Shown: positions 43,217 through 55,427 of the stretch, piece after piece
Numbering within the stretch: the first letter of the stretch is position 1
Layout: every line of letters begins with the position of its first letter
Origin: Bigelowiella natans CCMP2755
Lineage: Eukaryota > Protista > Cercozoa
Assembly (NCBI GenBank): GCA_000320545.1
Contig: ADNK01000532.1
Coordinates: forward strand, 1-64,000
Reading direction: 5' to 3'
Length of the DNA stretch: 64,000 nt
Position numbers and translations under genes: made by a program
The notes under the pieces: model-generated
Told to the model about the DNA's origin: nothing
Seen by the model: only the letters and a program-made list of their open reading frames with translations
Database searches by the model: none

Positions 43217-44209
43217 TTATTTCGCCTGTTGACTCTCTTTTTCATAGAAATTTGCAACCATCCTAACTAGGTCGAATAACTCCACTTGAGACTGGAAATG
43301 AATTTTCTGCGTTCTTTCCTTTCTGGGCTTCACGCTGTATTGGGGATCCGTTCTTCTCAACTTGTTCGCGAGTCTTTCAATTGATTGTGTCAGTCCAGTT
43401 TCTGGAATCAAAGCCATTATCGCTCTAAATGCTTGTGCACGTACCCGTAAACTCTTTTCGTCCATTTCATTGCAAATAGATTGAAGTAAGGGCCAGTCTG
43501 ACGATGCGCAAGTCACAAGAAGCCGACAATTCCACAGTTCATCCCTGGATTTTCTTTCGTAATAATTAAAGTAATCGTCCCACATACTTTCCATAACATC
43601 CGGTTTTTTAGCGTTCTCGCATGCTTTAAAGAGATGTAAATAAGGAACGAAAGTTAACCGCACGTATTTTCGTGGTTTCATCTCCTCCTCGTAGAATGTG
43701 AACGCAGCTTCGTAAGCCTCGAAACGATTCATACACTTCAGCATGAGGCTAAAAATGGGCTCTGTTGGACGGATGTTATGGACCCTTGTCATCTCTAAAT
43801 ACAGCCTTGCCATCTCGTCGAGGTTCCCTGTTCTCCCGTGCGCCCATATGACCTGACCCCAAGTTTTAGGGTCTGCAAATGGCTTAAAACCCTCAAAGAT
43901 TTCCATCGCTTCCTCAACTTTCCTCTCGAGAAGATGCTGCTCAACATCAACTTCTGGATGACGATAACCTTCAGCTACGATGTCCTCAAGCTCCTCCCTT
44001 GTCCAGTCTCGGGCGAGACTCCTGCGAATGTATGGCGATGTCCCCTCATACATGCTCTCTGTGGCCGTGGAGTTTTCCCGCCACTGCCCGATCAGTTGGA
44101 AGGTTTGCACTTTATAAGAGGATGGCTTCTGAAACAAAGTTTTACAGAGAGGGGAAATTTTGGCCCTGGCAAAGCATCGCTGCAGGCCGCTTCGCAGTCC
44201 AGCCGCCAT
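43217..44209 (-). CDS. Pentatricopeptide-repeat (PPR) protein, probably mitochondrial, intronless
   Basis: TWGQVIWAHGRTGNLDEMARLYLEMTRVHNIRPT, IFSLMLKCMNRF..AAFTFYEEEM and PYLHLFKACENAKKPDVMESMWDD are 35-aa PPR-like units. R/S/L-rich N-terminus. Confidence 0.85.
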   Translation of the reverse strand: MAAGLRSGLQRCFARAKISPLCKTLFQKPSSYKVQTFQLIGQWRENSTATESMYEGTSPYIRRSLARDWTREELEDIVAEGYRHPEVDVEQHLLERKVEEAMEIFEGFKPFADPKTWGQVIWAHGRTGNLDEMARLYLEMTRVHNIRPTEPIFSLMLKCMNRFEAYEAAFTFYEEEMKPRKYVRLTFVPYLHLFKACENAKKPDVMESMWDDYFNYYERKSRDELWNCRLLVTCASSDWPLLQSICNEMDEKSLRVRAQAFRAIMALIPETGLTQSIERLANKLRRTDPQYSVKPRKERTQKIHFQSQVELFDLVRMVANFYEKESQQAK

Positions 44210-44334
44210 CTCCGCACTCAGATGGGGGGAGTAACCACGAACTCGTCCACTCGTTGTTTGGTAGCAATATTGTTGTCGTAGGAGAAAATCGCACTTCGTT
44301 ACTGTGATAACATCCCGCTTTTTCTCAAAACGTA

Positions 44335-45020
44335 GAAATGAAGAAAGAACTCATGTCGTTCCAAATGTTTCAATGAGGTTTTGCCATCTCGGAGTTCTTG
44401 GTCTGCAGCCTTGCCCCCGCAGCAAAACACAGGGCAACACACACCACGTGATGCACAGTGCATGTGGGATTGCTGTGTCCATTGTCAGGTCCAACAAGAT
44501 GGTGCAAGACGGCTTGGACACTGTGTGCATGCGCTGTCTGCTTGTCCATCTGTGTGAGATGCGTCCAACTTGCTAGCTTGTCCAGCGGTGCCAACGGCGG
44601 TGCACCTCATTGTTGCCAGGTTGGAATGTTGAACGAACGTGTCTTGAACCTTGAAACTTGTTTGAAGCTGTCACAAAACAATCCCTCTCCTTCTGGTTTT
44701 CACAGCCCGTTGTCCAACTTTCCGAGTTTGGTGACACATGCTAGCATGCTTTGAGGTCAAGCAGCGTGATGTGATCTCCATCCAACGTCACACTTTGATC
44801 TTTTCCACCTCCTCGTGAAGCAATCAAGTGCAAAGTGAGAGATTGCATGGTTGAGATGCAAAGATTCACAGTGACGACTTTGCAATTCCATGATCACAAT
44901 CAATGCACACATGCACACTGCTAGACTGCTGGCCGCTAGACCGTGCTTGCTGCTAGCGTGCTGTGCTAGCTAGGTGTGTGTTTGTGTGTGTGTGCAATGT
45001 GCAAGACGGATGCAATGAAT
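44335..45020. other. TpA-depleted (CTAG-only) hypermutated tract 2
   Basis: Manual count: 7 TA in 686 bp, all in CTAG. Confidence 0.9.
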
Positions 45021-45548
45021 TAATCAAATTTGTTCAATGGTCATCCTCATGTAGCTGTGCAATGCAGCGGCTACGTACAGCGCTAATTTTGAATCTCTGT
45101 GTGTGTCGTGTGTGTTTGTGTGATTGCCAGATCATTGACGACAACTCTGGAATGCTCAGCAAGGCGCAAAGCTGCTGCTAGCTAGCTACACATGATCGCC
45201 CAGCTGATGAAAACCCTGCTCACTGCATGTGTCATGACAGCGAATGCTGTCTAGCTGTGGCTACAGCGAGTGCTGCGATGCTGTGCACCACTACGTGCGC
45301 CATGTCATGCTTCACGTCGTCGCATGTGCGCAGCTGGCTTGCGCACAAACCTAGAAACATTGACAATTGTGGCCATGGGCGGCTACATGATCTTCCATGA
45401 AGCTATTCCTAAAAGTCTCATAGCACACATGGCACATGCATTGTGTGGATAGTCACACATGTACGTACGTACATGAACATGTGTGTGTACAAGCTAGCAA
45501 GGATGACCATTGAAAATTTTAATTCATTCATTACATCCAGTCTAATGC
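44998..45548. mobile_element. MITE-like element bounded by inverted copies of the ~90-bp repeat (44998-45085 +, ~45499-45548 -)
   Basis: gcaagacggatgcaatgaa..caatggtcatcctc versus aggatgaccattgaa..ttcattacatccagtc. Confidence 0.65.
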
Positions 45549-45681
45549 ATGGCCAGTATTGTGTCATCATCATCGTTAGTACTATGTAGACATAAGTACG
45601 ATGTTAAGGTTATGTGAAGATGACGCGGTGTATTACAAACAAGATGCCGCCAATGCGATTAAGATCGGATCGGCAATTTAA

Positions 45682-46726
45682 TCATTCATTACGAGCTCGC
45701 CTTTGCGTTAAAGTAATGTGACGCTCTACGAGAGCACGCACCAACCAAAGTCCTAACAGGATCATAGCTAGATCATCTATATACCCCAGTAAACTGCACA
45801 AATAATAGAGGTATGTAAGAGATTTTGGTGTACAATGAACAGATTCAAGTGAAATATTACTTGAGATTTTAGATAAATTACATACATACAATAAGAACCA
45901 TTGCAATAAGCAAGAATAAGTAGTTGACTTGAGAAAACAATTTAGAATATTCGATGATAACAAATATTGTTTAGTTTAAAATATATGTGCAAATCTACCC
46001 AAGATGAGCTTCCGGAATGATATCTATAGGACTCACGAAATACAGTCCGATGATCACAGCTGTAACCCTTACGAGATACCGATAGCATATACTTTCGCGA
46101 GTCGCATGATTCAGTAGAGCATAGTCATTTTGCACTTCCTCGACGATAGCTCCTACGGACGCTTTCTTTTCTTCGGCCGTTCTAGAGTAGCTAATAAATA
46201 TTCACACGAAGCAAGAATCAGAATGATGGAAACAAGCATGAATGTAGGATGCGTTTCACCGTTTCGTATAATCTTCGATAGAATTATTCCATTTCTTGTC
46301 TTCTCCGCTTTCGCCCCCTTCTTTCAATTTCTGTGTTTGCAACGATAGTATCAGCCCCAAATAATAGTTAGCTTTCAAAATATCTCACGTACAGCTGAAG
46401 CAGCCCGCAACGAGTAATTTGGGATGAGGAGAGTAATTTTCCTGCCATTGATATGATTGTCAGCTCCGAAGCATAAAAAAGAAATTGTGCACCTGTTGCA
46501 TATGGGGCATGGAACGCATTTTTTATCCTGCTCTTTCTCATTTTTCTTCTCCCAGAAGTCGAGTATACTATAAGTCAGTGACACAAGGCTCCTTTAAACA
46601 CAGATCCTGCACTGAAATGGTCGAATGGTACCATGAAGCGCAATATGAATGGCCACAATTGGTGATGACGGCGGCAGTGAAGGTGTCCAGGCAGAGGGAG
46701 CACTCCAGGCTCTCATCATCCTCCAT
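45682..46726 (-). CDS. RNF170: RNF170-like RING E3 ligase (C3HC4 RING plus C-terminal DUF1232-type membrane segment)
   Basis: MEDDESLECSLCLDTFTAAVITNCGHSYCAS|ILDFWE..VPCPICNR|RKITLLIP; LYFVSPIDIIPEAHLG|LLGYIDDLAMILLGLW. Confidence 0.88.
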
Positions 46727-46827
46727 GGCGACTCGGTCGATATCTGACGCTGGTTCCTTTTTGATGTTGCGACAATACTTCTTAGAGTCGCAACCCGAGA
46801 ACTTCCTGCCACTAAATTGCGAATGTA

Positions 46828-47848
46828 CCTGGATGACTCAGATTCGCTGTTCGTGTCCCGGAAAATTTTGCATCTCAAGTTGGTTCGGGGCACTGCGTTT
46901 CGCACATTGCAAACGTCTTCCAACGTTTTGCAAGTGCAGTCAATCGTCACGTTCATCTGTTCATCTGTTCGTTCAAATGACACTTTCCCTGGGACGTCAT
47001 CCTGTTGAAACTGCTGGAATCGGGGCGGTGTGGAAGGCGGCCAAAGAGACACTCGGATTTGGAAGGGCACGTCCTCACTTTTGTGCTCCCAGAGGGAAGT
47101 TCACGTGGAGGCAAAGACTACGTCAAAGGCTTTGCCTGCCAATCCCATGCAAAGTCCAATTGGATAGTTGATGGTTTCCCCCAGCTGAAATCGGAGCTCG
47201 GCCAGCACCTTTTTGTCCTTCCAGGTGTCATTCTGGAACCAGAGAAAAAGGAGACTTGACTTCACGAACATTCGGTGTAGGCAATGGCGCGAAGCTCTGG
47301 CGATGATTTTTTTCCCACGTCCAGACGTCACTTTGACAAAGATCACTAGCTTTGTCAAAAAACGCGTGCTGGGCCCAGCACTTGGCCACATCACTCCAGC
47401 AATGCCAGTTCAGCAGTGGGTCCGCAGCAGGTGAAGTTTTGGGTTGTGAACATTTGGGGCACTTTCCCCACTGGTTGTGGTTGGGAAAATGCCAAAAAAA
47501 CTGGGGTTGGGGGTGTGAGCAGCTGCGTTGCCGTGAGGGAGAAAAGTGCACAAGTGTGCGCATCCCTGCAGTGGGCTAGCTGCGGACGAGACGCGCGAAG
47601 AACGAAGGGCACATTGCCAATCTTCAATTCCTCTGTTCCCCCCACACGTTGAGGCTACAACTGGTGAGAGTAGCATGCGTGGTGAGCGTGAAGCATTGTT
47701 GTCTTCGCTAGTTCGTGTCTTGCACGTGAGGCCGTGATGGATTTCAACACTCATGCAACGTGCCACGCGCGACTGCGCATGATGTCGAGGCTGCACATTG
47801 GAGTGTGCAGCTGTGGAAGTGCAAACAAAGTCGCTCCTGTCGGACGTC
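46828..47848. other. TpA-depleted hypermutated tract 3, possibly a decayed gene or element
   Basis: Manual count: 8 TA in ~1020 bp (3 CTAG, the rest CTA- or -TAG), none in 46828-47118. Confidence 0.85.
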
Positions 47849-48314
47849 TATACGTCCAGTTGGAGCAGCAAGAGACAGTTTTGGCAAAATCGTGGCTGCG
47901 CGCTTGCAAAAGAAGGAGCTAGAGGAGGTGCAAACGACGAGCTGCACCACGTGGTCTGTAGTAGGATCTTTCCAGCAAGGCGAGGAAGTTCCGCTGCAGC
48001 TGCATGTGCCAGCGGGTGAACGTGACGGAGTACTGCAGGCTGCCACATTGACAACGTGCAAAATCATCGCAATGCCAATTGTTTTGGCTGATCGAGTGTT
48101 GCGCATTACACAGCTGTCACTGGCCAACTACCGATGCAAGCAGGTGCTCTGCGTGAGATGCACTTCGCAAACTTTGCCACGTGTGTCATGTCCCAAGGAC
48201 ACAATGGTTAGCCAATAGCCATGCATGCGACTCTACGCTCTGTCTTGGCGTATGTGCATTCAAAACAAATCAGAATCATTGCTTGTGCACAGACCCCTGT
48301 CAGATCACTGCAAT

Positions 48315-51300
48315 TTATTCATCCGCATGAGCTCCAGGCGTCGCTGACCACAACTGCTGGGACGCTATGCTTAGAATGAGCCTACCCTTTCCTAGCACAT
48401 CTAGACCAATCAACCCAGCTGGTTCCTGGGAACAGAGAAAAAACTCAAGCTTGTGAAAAGATGGTAGTTCATCTCCCCCCCTTTTTTTTGACATACCTCT
48501 ATGAGTTGCAGCGATTGGAAAATGCCTGCATCGCCGACTAAGGCTTGTTCCAGAGGACGAATCTGACCTCGTCCACCAGCATCTGCGACTGCGGTGAGTG
48601 GTAGCTGGAAAAAGATATCAAAAATACGCAGACACATTAGCGACGACGTATTTTGAAATCATTCCGCTCGCCTTTCGCACATAAAATGGGCACAGCATAT
48701 AAAACACATCCTTCAAAGTGCGGCGCCATGACGTTGTCACCTTTTCGTCCAGTGGGAGAGCGGAGAGGGGCTTGTTTGCTGACATTTAAATTGCAGATTC
48801 TTACTATTTGATGATAGCATGCATGCATAGCAGTATGTTGCTATCTTATCTCCACCGAAGGTCATCGTTGTCTCTTTTGCCTCAAGTCCTAAAGCTTTCC
48901 CCGCCGCAACATTCATCTATCCACACATTTTGTGGTTGCCGAACATAACTGTCAGAACTTATCCTCAAGACCACATGCATATGATAGGAGAAGGAGGCGG
49001 AGGGGGAGGAGGACAAACCAGGGAGAAAGGGCTCCCTAGATCTACAATCGTAGGCATGATGATCGAGGAGGAAGTCTGGCCAACATTCAGCACAGCTGCG
49101 GGAATCCCTCCTACGTTGCTCACATACATAAAAGGAGGAGGATGATAACAAGCAAACGAGAAAGACAGTAAGAGGTGGAGAGGAAAGGAGAGATAGAGGG
49201 AGGGAGGGAGGGAGGGAGGGAGGGGGAGGTACCCTACCACCACCAACACTACTACAACTACTACTGCTACTATTAAGACTACAATACGAATACCACCTAG
49301 CAAAGGGACGCAAGTCACAGTTGACATGCCCTCTGTGCTAACAAGGCCCTTGTCCACCCATCTGTCAGAAGAAGGGAAGTGATTGATTCGAGAGCGTATC
49401 GATTGGGCATGTGACGACTATGAAGCTCATGATTAGAACTACACCGAGGATGGCAATTGTGGAGTGTGGCGGTGGAGGAGGAGGTGATTGTAGATGATGA
49501 TACATGGAGATCATGATTCATATTATTATCATCACTATCATCATCATTATCATCATTGTCTTAGTATTAATGTGCCTACTACAACTACCTCGGTGGGTAT
49601 AGGATCATCGCCCCGCCGGAGATAAGCTCAGGAGATTCACTTCCGGCAGCAGGTGTCAGGACCCCACTATTGCTATCTTCCCCACCCCTAGCAGTATTGT
49701 CAGTCTGCTGTCGTCCTTCCTCTGATATTATGTCGGTGTTACCCTCGCTGGACTGGTGCTTCTTCGGAAACACAAATTCGACATCAAAGGTCTCCAAGAA
49801 CTGAGTTCCGAGGAGCCCTTCCACCTGGGTTGTCAGTCGTCAATAAGGAGGGGGGGGAATGTGTAGTAGTCAATAAGGAAGAGTATTCTGAGCAATGCTC
49901 CCAGTATACTGCCTTTATTCTAAACCCAGCGCAATTATTGCAAATAAACAGTCCTGTCTGACTTCACCTCCCCCCCCCCCCCTCCTAATACAACCCCAAG
50001 CTCTTGTAACGCTGGGTTCACTGGAGCAACAGCAGCGTTGCGTAGGGGCACCGGCAATTCCCGTCCTAGTAGATAGCGGAGTACAGCATCAGCACAGATC
50101 GTTAGCTACAGGGTTTGACTGCCAACGGAGAACGCATCATCTCAATGCCTTCGACGATTTTGTCTTCGTACACCTCCGATTGAGAGGGATGGCAAAGTTA
50201 CGATCTGCCTTGTCTGGACCCCAGCGCTTCCAAGTCCGTGTGCCTTAATGTTATGGTGGATCAATGAGAGGGAATGATCATTCCGCTTCACCTCTTAGCG
50301 GAGGGGATGAGATACTATATTTGGTTGGTAAGGAGTGTGCTACCAAGGTAGATAAGTGTAAAATTTGCCACCTCTTTCCCCTCAGCCTTTGTTTTCTCTG
50401 CCAGAGATTCGCTGATGATATTCATGTTTGCGCCCTATGTTGTAGGAGCAATTATTTTGCGTTGTTCATCGTAGGTGGTTAACGAACCATTCATCTAATT
50501 GTCTATCTATCATCTTCACGCAGGATGATCGACATCAACCATCACGGCCACCGTATGAATTGCAAACTTCACTTCTCCAAAACCGTCAATATCCACAGTG
50601 ACGACCGGATATCTACGTTGTTATAGGTAACATTTGATTTAGGAATGTGTTCTTCCTCAAGAAGAATCAGGGTGCTCGAATCCCAAAAGTATGGCAGATG
50701 CCAGGGAAAGGTTTGAACGTTGAAACTCCTCATGTGAAACAATCATCCAACTCATACAGTTTCACTATAGCCTAGCCGTATTCGTAATCCCGACCCTTTT
50801 GGATGCTTCATAGTTGGCTTCACAGCTTCCATGGAAACCCGTGTCGCTGCACGCGCACGAGCGACGGCGAGGGCCTCAGTCATCTTGGAGGATAGCAACA
50901 AAAAAATTATCTTTTCATTATTTCGTTAATTATGCAATTGTCAAACCTCGCTCAGCGGCGTGTCAGCAGGAGGAGGATCGACTCCAAACATCTTGCATAT
51001 GGTTCCCAGCTGTCTCCTCACTTCGGTCTCGCTCATATCACCGATCCAGTTTGCGGCGCTTGGAATGAGGGTTGATATCCGGCCAAATCGTCGTCGGAAG
51101 CCAGGCCAAAGATGTAAATTCTTCTGGAGATGCTAATATTTTTAGTGAACGAGAGGATAAGGCACCACATATATATATGTTTAGGCTGCCATGGAAACCA
51201 TTCGGCGTCGCTGACATTTCTACGGAAAAATTAAAGTTCCTCGGACCTGGTGATGGCCCCCTAGACATCTGTTAGAGCCTGGTATTCCAACTGGAGCTAG

Positions 51301-51432
51301 GAATACCCTGGATCTAGCCCGGTAGGATCGAATGCCGAGGAAACTCCAGCCTACTTTGCTAGAGAATAGCAGAAGCATGCTTGGAAGCAGTAGCGGGATG
51401 AAAGCGAACCCGAACATCCGAAGGCCCGCCAT
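48315..51432 (-). CDS. Two-domain retropepsin-like aspartyl protease with bipartite (signal+transit) leader, putatively plastid-targeted
   Basis: MAGLRMFGFAFIPLLLPSMLLLFSS..RSYRARSR leader; lobe 1 VKFAIHT|GANMNIISESLA ... VEGLLGTQFLETFDVEF; lobe 2 IVDLGSPFSL|MNVAAGKAL ... EPAGLIGLDVLGKGRLIL. Confidence 0.8.
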
Positions 51433-52146
51433 TTTCTCCAGTTGATGTCTGAGCGTCAAAGCTCAAATGATTGTCGCAGAGGATATTAGCAGGGCATTTT
51501 TAGTTTTCCCACGTCTTGAACAAACTGATCAGTTGTTGGACTTGCGAGATAATTTTCGTTCGAAGGCAATAGCATACCGGAACAAAAATGAATAATTCAA
51601 ATCGATCATCACTAGCCCCGCTAGGCAATAAATAAAACCGAAAATATCTTGATGAATGCATCGCACTGGATTTAGTTAGTTAGTTAGTTAGTTATTCTGT
51701 TCGCATCCTTGACTTCCCAGCTATGTGTTTTCACCGAGGTAATTTCCGTAGTGGATGTTGTGTCATAACGGACATTGCTTGGAAGGGACACGACAACAAC
51801 AACAGCAAACATTCTCCTTTTATGATTTGAGACATGCTGTCGAAGCCTTTTCTGAAGGTGAAACGGCCGTTAAAAAGGGTCGAATATTACGTAATAACGA
51901 CTACTGAGACAACGAGTAACGGCGGTAGTTCCCGATCAGTTGAAGAAGCGAAGGCTCACCCCCTATTTTCTGCCAAATTGTTTGCATCGGCTGAGTAGGG
52001 AGACAAGAGACAGCCATGTTCGCTGTAAGTGCGGACAAATCCAAACAAGGAGACCCGCAGCTGTTGTTACCCCCCGAAATCGGACGCATTGAAGGTTTTA
52101 GGAACGACGAAAGAGATTAGGCGGGGGTTGCTGGAGTAGGAACAAA

Positions 52147-55100
52147 ATGATACTTCAGAGAATCCATGTTTCTATCCCTATTTTTTGATGATGATGATGA
52201 GAAATTATAGTCACGGATTTGCTCACACCTACATCAGTAAAACGTGCCTGGGGGAGCAATGTCCCGACCCCGGACTTTACGCCTCGTGACTCAATTAGAC
52301 TGCCTTTTACTCCGCGCAAGCCCCTGTTGGAGCCTAGAGGACTACGAGGAATGGAACCTGATGCACCAGCTACTCCTCGACCTACAGATGAAGAAATCGA
52401 AGCAGCTGGAGGTGCAAAGCGGGACCGGAGAAAACGTATTAGTATGATCAATCATCCCCTTCCCAGACCAAGGCGACTAAAAAGGCTTTCAGAATCAACC
52501 GTTGCCGATAGGAAGAAGCCCCACGCCACAAATGAGAGGAAAGGAGCGAAGAAGCGGATCAAGTATCGAAAAAGAGATTTTAGGTGAGGAAGGAAAAAAT
52601 AGAGGGGGGCGGGGGAGAGGAGAGAAGCAGGAGAGTTGGTGGCATTGAAAGAGAACTTATTACAGTTGGTTTCTTTAACATACCAAGACTCCTATTCAAA
52701 CGAGAAGACAGGGTTCTAGGACCAGGGTAATTTATGCTAAAACTAATTATGTTGATGAAAAATCTGATTTCTGAAGCAGATATCATTTAAATGTACTCAG
52801 ATATTACACTCCGCATTCTGCACGTAGAGCGGTGAGTCCATCAATATTCTTTCAGAAGGAGGGAAACAGCGGGAAGATACATTCTATAACCACGATGCAC
52901 ATCCCTGCATACTGCGTCGAATATCATTCCTAAATAGCAACGTGTAATTTAAACATTTTTATAGATTCCAGCTACGAAGATGGTTGCAAACGACCCGGTG
53001 ATTATCGTTCCCACCCATCCTTCATCTCCAGCCAACATTCTAGATCCTGCCCAGTCACATCTCCCAAGCTCCTCTCGAATACCTGCACGCCAGCGTGCAC
53101 CGAGACCACCCCCTAGTGCCAAAGAAATTATCCATAGGTCACTCAAGACTAATGATGGAGGAACTAATGTTGAACGATAAGGCCTTTTATTTTCTTCGGA
53201 CAGAATTTTGAAGGTGCCACCCTCGGAGCGCGCTTTGCATGACATAGAGAAAGCATCAAACCAGCAACAGGGCGCCAGAGGATTAAAGAAGCGGTCAACC
53301 GCCGTAGTATTTTCGGAGTCCAACAAAGCCAAGAAGGGTGGCATCTCAACTCCGGGACCCAAAATGGAAGGGAATCATCCCGCCTCCAGCCTCAACCAGA
53401 GGTGATTTATCTATGCCTAAGTTAAACTTTTACAAATTATAGGATGCGTAATGCAATTAGAGATCACTAGCAATGATATATTTTGCACTGCATGAAATAC
53501 TTCTCTTTCAATACCGGATTCCTATGTCCCTAAGGAAAGAACATGCAGTTCATATGTCCTGTGTCTGTTGTAGGCTCAAGGAAGAGAGGACTATTTCCGC
53601 TCTCGCAGAACTCGAACGAGTGAATTCCGATGTTGTCTATGTACCACCAGGCTTGGCAGACGAGATGGCCCCAACAAGTTTCAATTCGCGCGTGGCTGCG
53701 CGAATGAGGCAATTAAAGCCTGCGACAAGCTCTAAATTTAAGCCTCCACAGAAACTTAGATTACAGACCGCAGCGACGATATTTATCGACACCTCTGGTA
53801 TCGTGCAGTTGAACAAATTGAAGTGCTAATCGTAGTACTAGCAGTGTTGGTGTTAGATAAAAGTAAAGACAACTGTAGCTGCAAAACTGCCAAGTAGAAG
53901 ATGCGTGAGTAATATTCATGCCCCATTCTATCCTCTCCTCCCCTCTTTCTGTGTGGTGACATAGGATACGGCTCTGGTTTTGGTGAAGGGGTGTCAAGCA
54001 CGCGATTTGCTGAATGTCCTATGATCCCCCGGTTTGTCTGTGTTCTTTAAAGTTTACGAGTTACAATTATGATTCTGATAATGTCTCTACATAAAACTAG
54101 GGACAAATAACAAGAATCCTCATTTTCTGATTTAATTCTTTCTTGGCCAATGATATTTAAACCAACTCTAGCGGTTTCGCGGGCATTGGTGAGCGACTGG
54201 GCGTCGGGGCAAATGTGAAGAAAAACATCTCGACTCAAGGCACGCTGACACCATCAACACTAAGAAAGCGCATGAGAAATCGTGCTCGTGGTCTCAAGAA
54301 AAAGGCGTCAGCTGTGGCGAGTCGGGCTATGAACATAGAGCGCAAGCGTGAGAGAAAAAGAGAGACGAGCGCCAGGAAGAAGCAGATAGCTTTGAAAAGT
54401 GCCAGCAAGGCCCGGAAGACGCCCCTGGGCAAGCGAACTCCAGATGGCCGGCGACTGAGGTGGATGATTGCTTGTGCAACAATATTAAGGATTAGGTTTT
54501 GGGGCGCGGCTGCGATAAGAAGACAAGAATATAGGAGGCAGGTTAAGGCTGCTGTTAAAATACAAAAAATGCTCTACAGATACCGCTTACGGAGGGCATT
54601 TCGACGGATTCAGATTGTCAAGCGGTTTATCAATAGGCTTGTCAATCGAAGGCGTATCACTAAGATCCTGAAACCCCGCATCGCATCGAAAAGCATTGCT
54701 GCACACCGTATCTCTTCTTTTCTACTCTTCTCGTTTCCCCGTCGACAGTCATTGAGGGTCATAGAGACAGGAAGGAGAGTGAGAAGGAGGATTCTGATCA
54801 TCCAGAGGGCATATCGTCGCTTTCGTATTAGGAAGATCTGGCATGTAGCAATAATAGTAATGCAACAATGGGCGTTCCAATGGTCTCTGGCGCGTCTCCA
54901 CACAAAAGAGGATTTAGTCGTGGCTAAGAGTCAAGCTGAAGTTGAGGAGATTCAAAACCAGAGGCACACTGAACTTAAAGAATCCGGGGAACTCGAAAAG
55001 GCTGACTCCAACATGTGGTACGTGCTTCACAACATGCCACGATGCCGCTCGCAACCGCGATGCTTTGATTTTAAGATAGGAAACAATTTTCCGGGAAGTT

Positions 55101-55427
55101 TTAGATGCAGTTGCATGATGTTTCATGGCACCCAACTACTCGTAAACATTCTGCAGGTACATGGCTACGTGTTGGTGGCTGGGAATTCTGAGAAAAGAAT
55201 GTGAGAGAATGGGAAAATACGAGCTCATGGTGAAACAGTGGGAGAGCGATGTTGATCAAGGCTTTGAAGTCGAAGAGCTCCCTCCGCGTCCAACCACCCC
55301 GTGTTTTCTTAGCACCAAAAAATTGCGTGCCAATGCACATGCGGTCCAAGGAATGACAAGCTCATGGCAAGAAATCGCTAGGTTGCATCATTCAGCCATG
55401 GGAATCAATGAAAACATGCAAACTTGA
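52147..55427 (+). CDS. Basic IQ-motif-containing hypothetical protein, multi-exon
   Basis: AAVKIQKMLYRYRLRR and ILIIQRAYRRFRIRK IQ-like motifs in the 54215-55204 ORF, with P/R-rich upstream exons. Start uncertain. Confidence 0.65.

Noticed and set aside
39711-45020. Classical RIP or 5mC deamination as the cause of the TG/CA excess
   Set aside because: CpG remains common in the tracts, and TpA, which RIP would create, is the dinucleotide that is missing.
47228-47563. WWE or RanBP2-zinc-finger domain fused to the RNF170-like gene (WGKCPKCS, NWHCWSD)
   Set aside because: Cys/His/Trp richness and open frames are expected from TA loss, and the RING gene has its own ATG at 46726.
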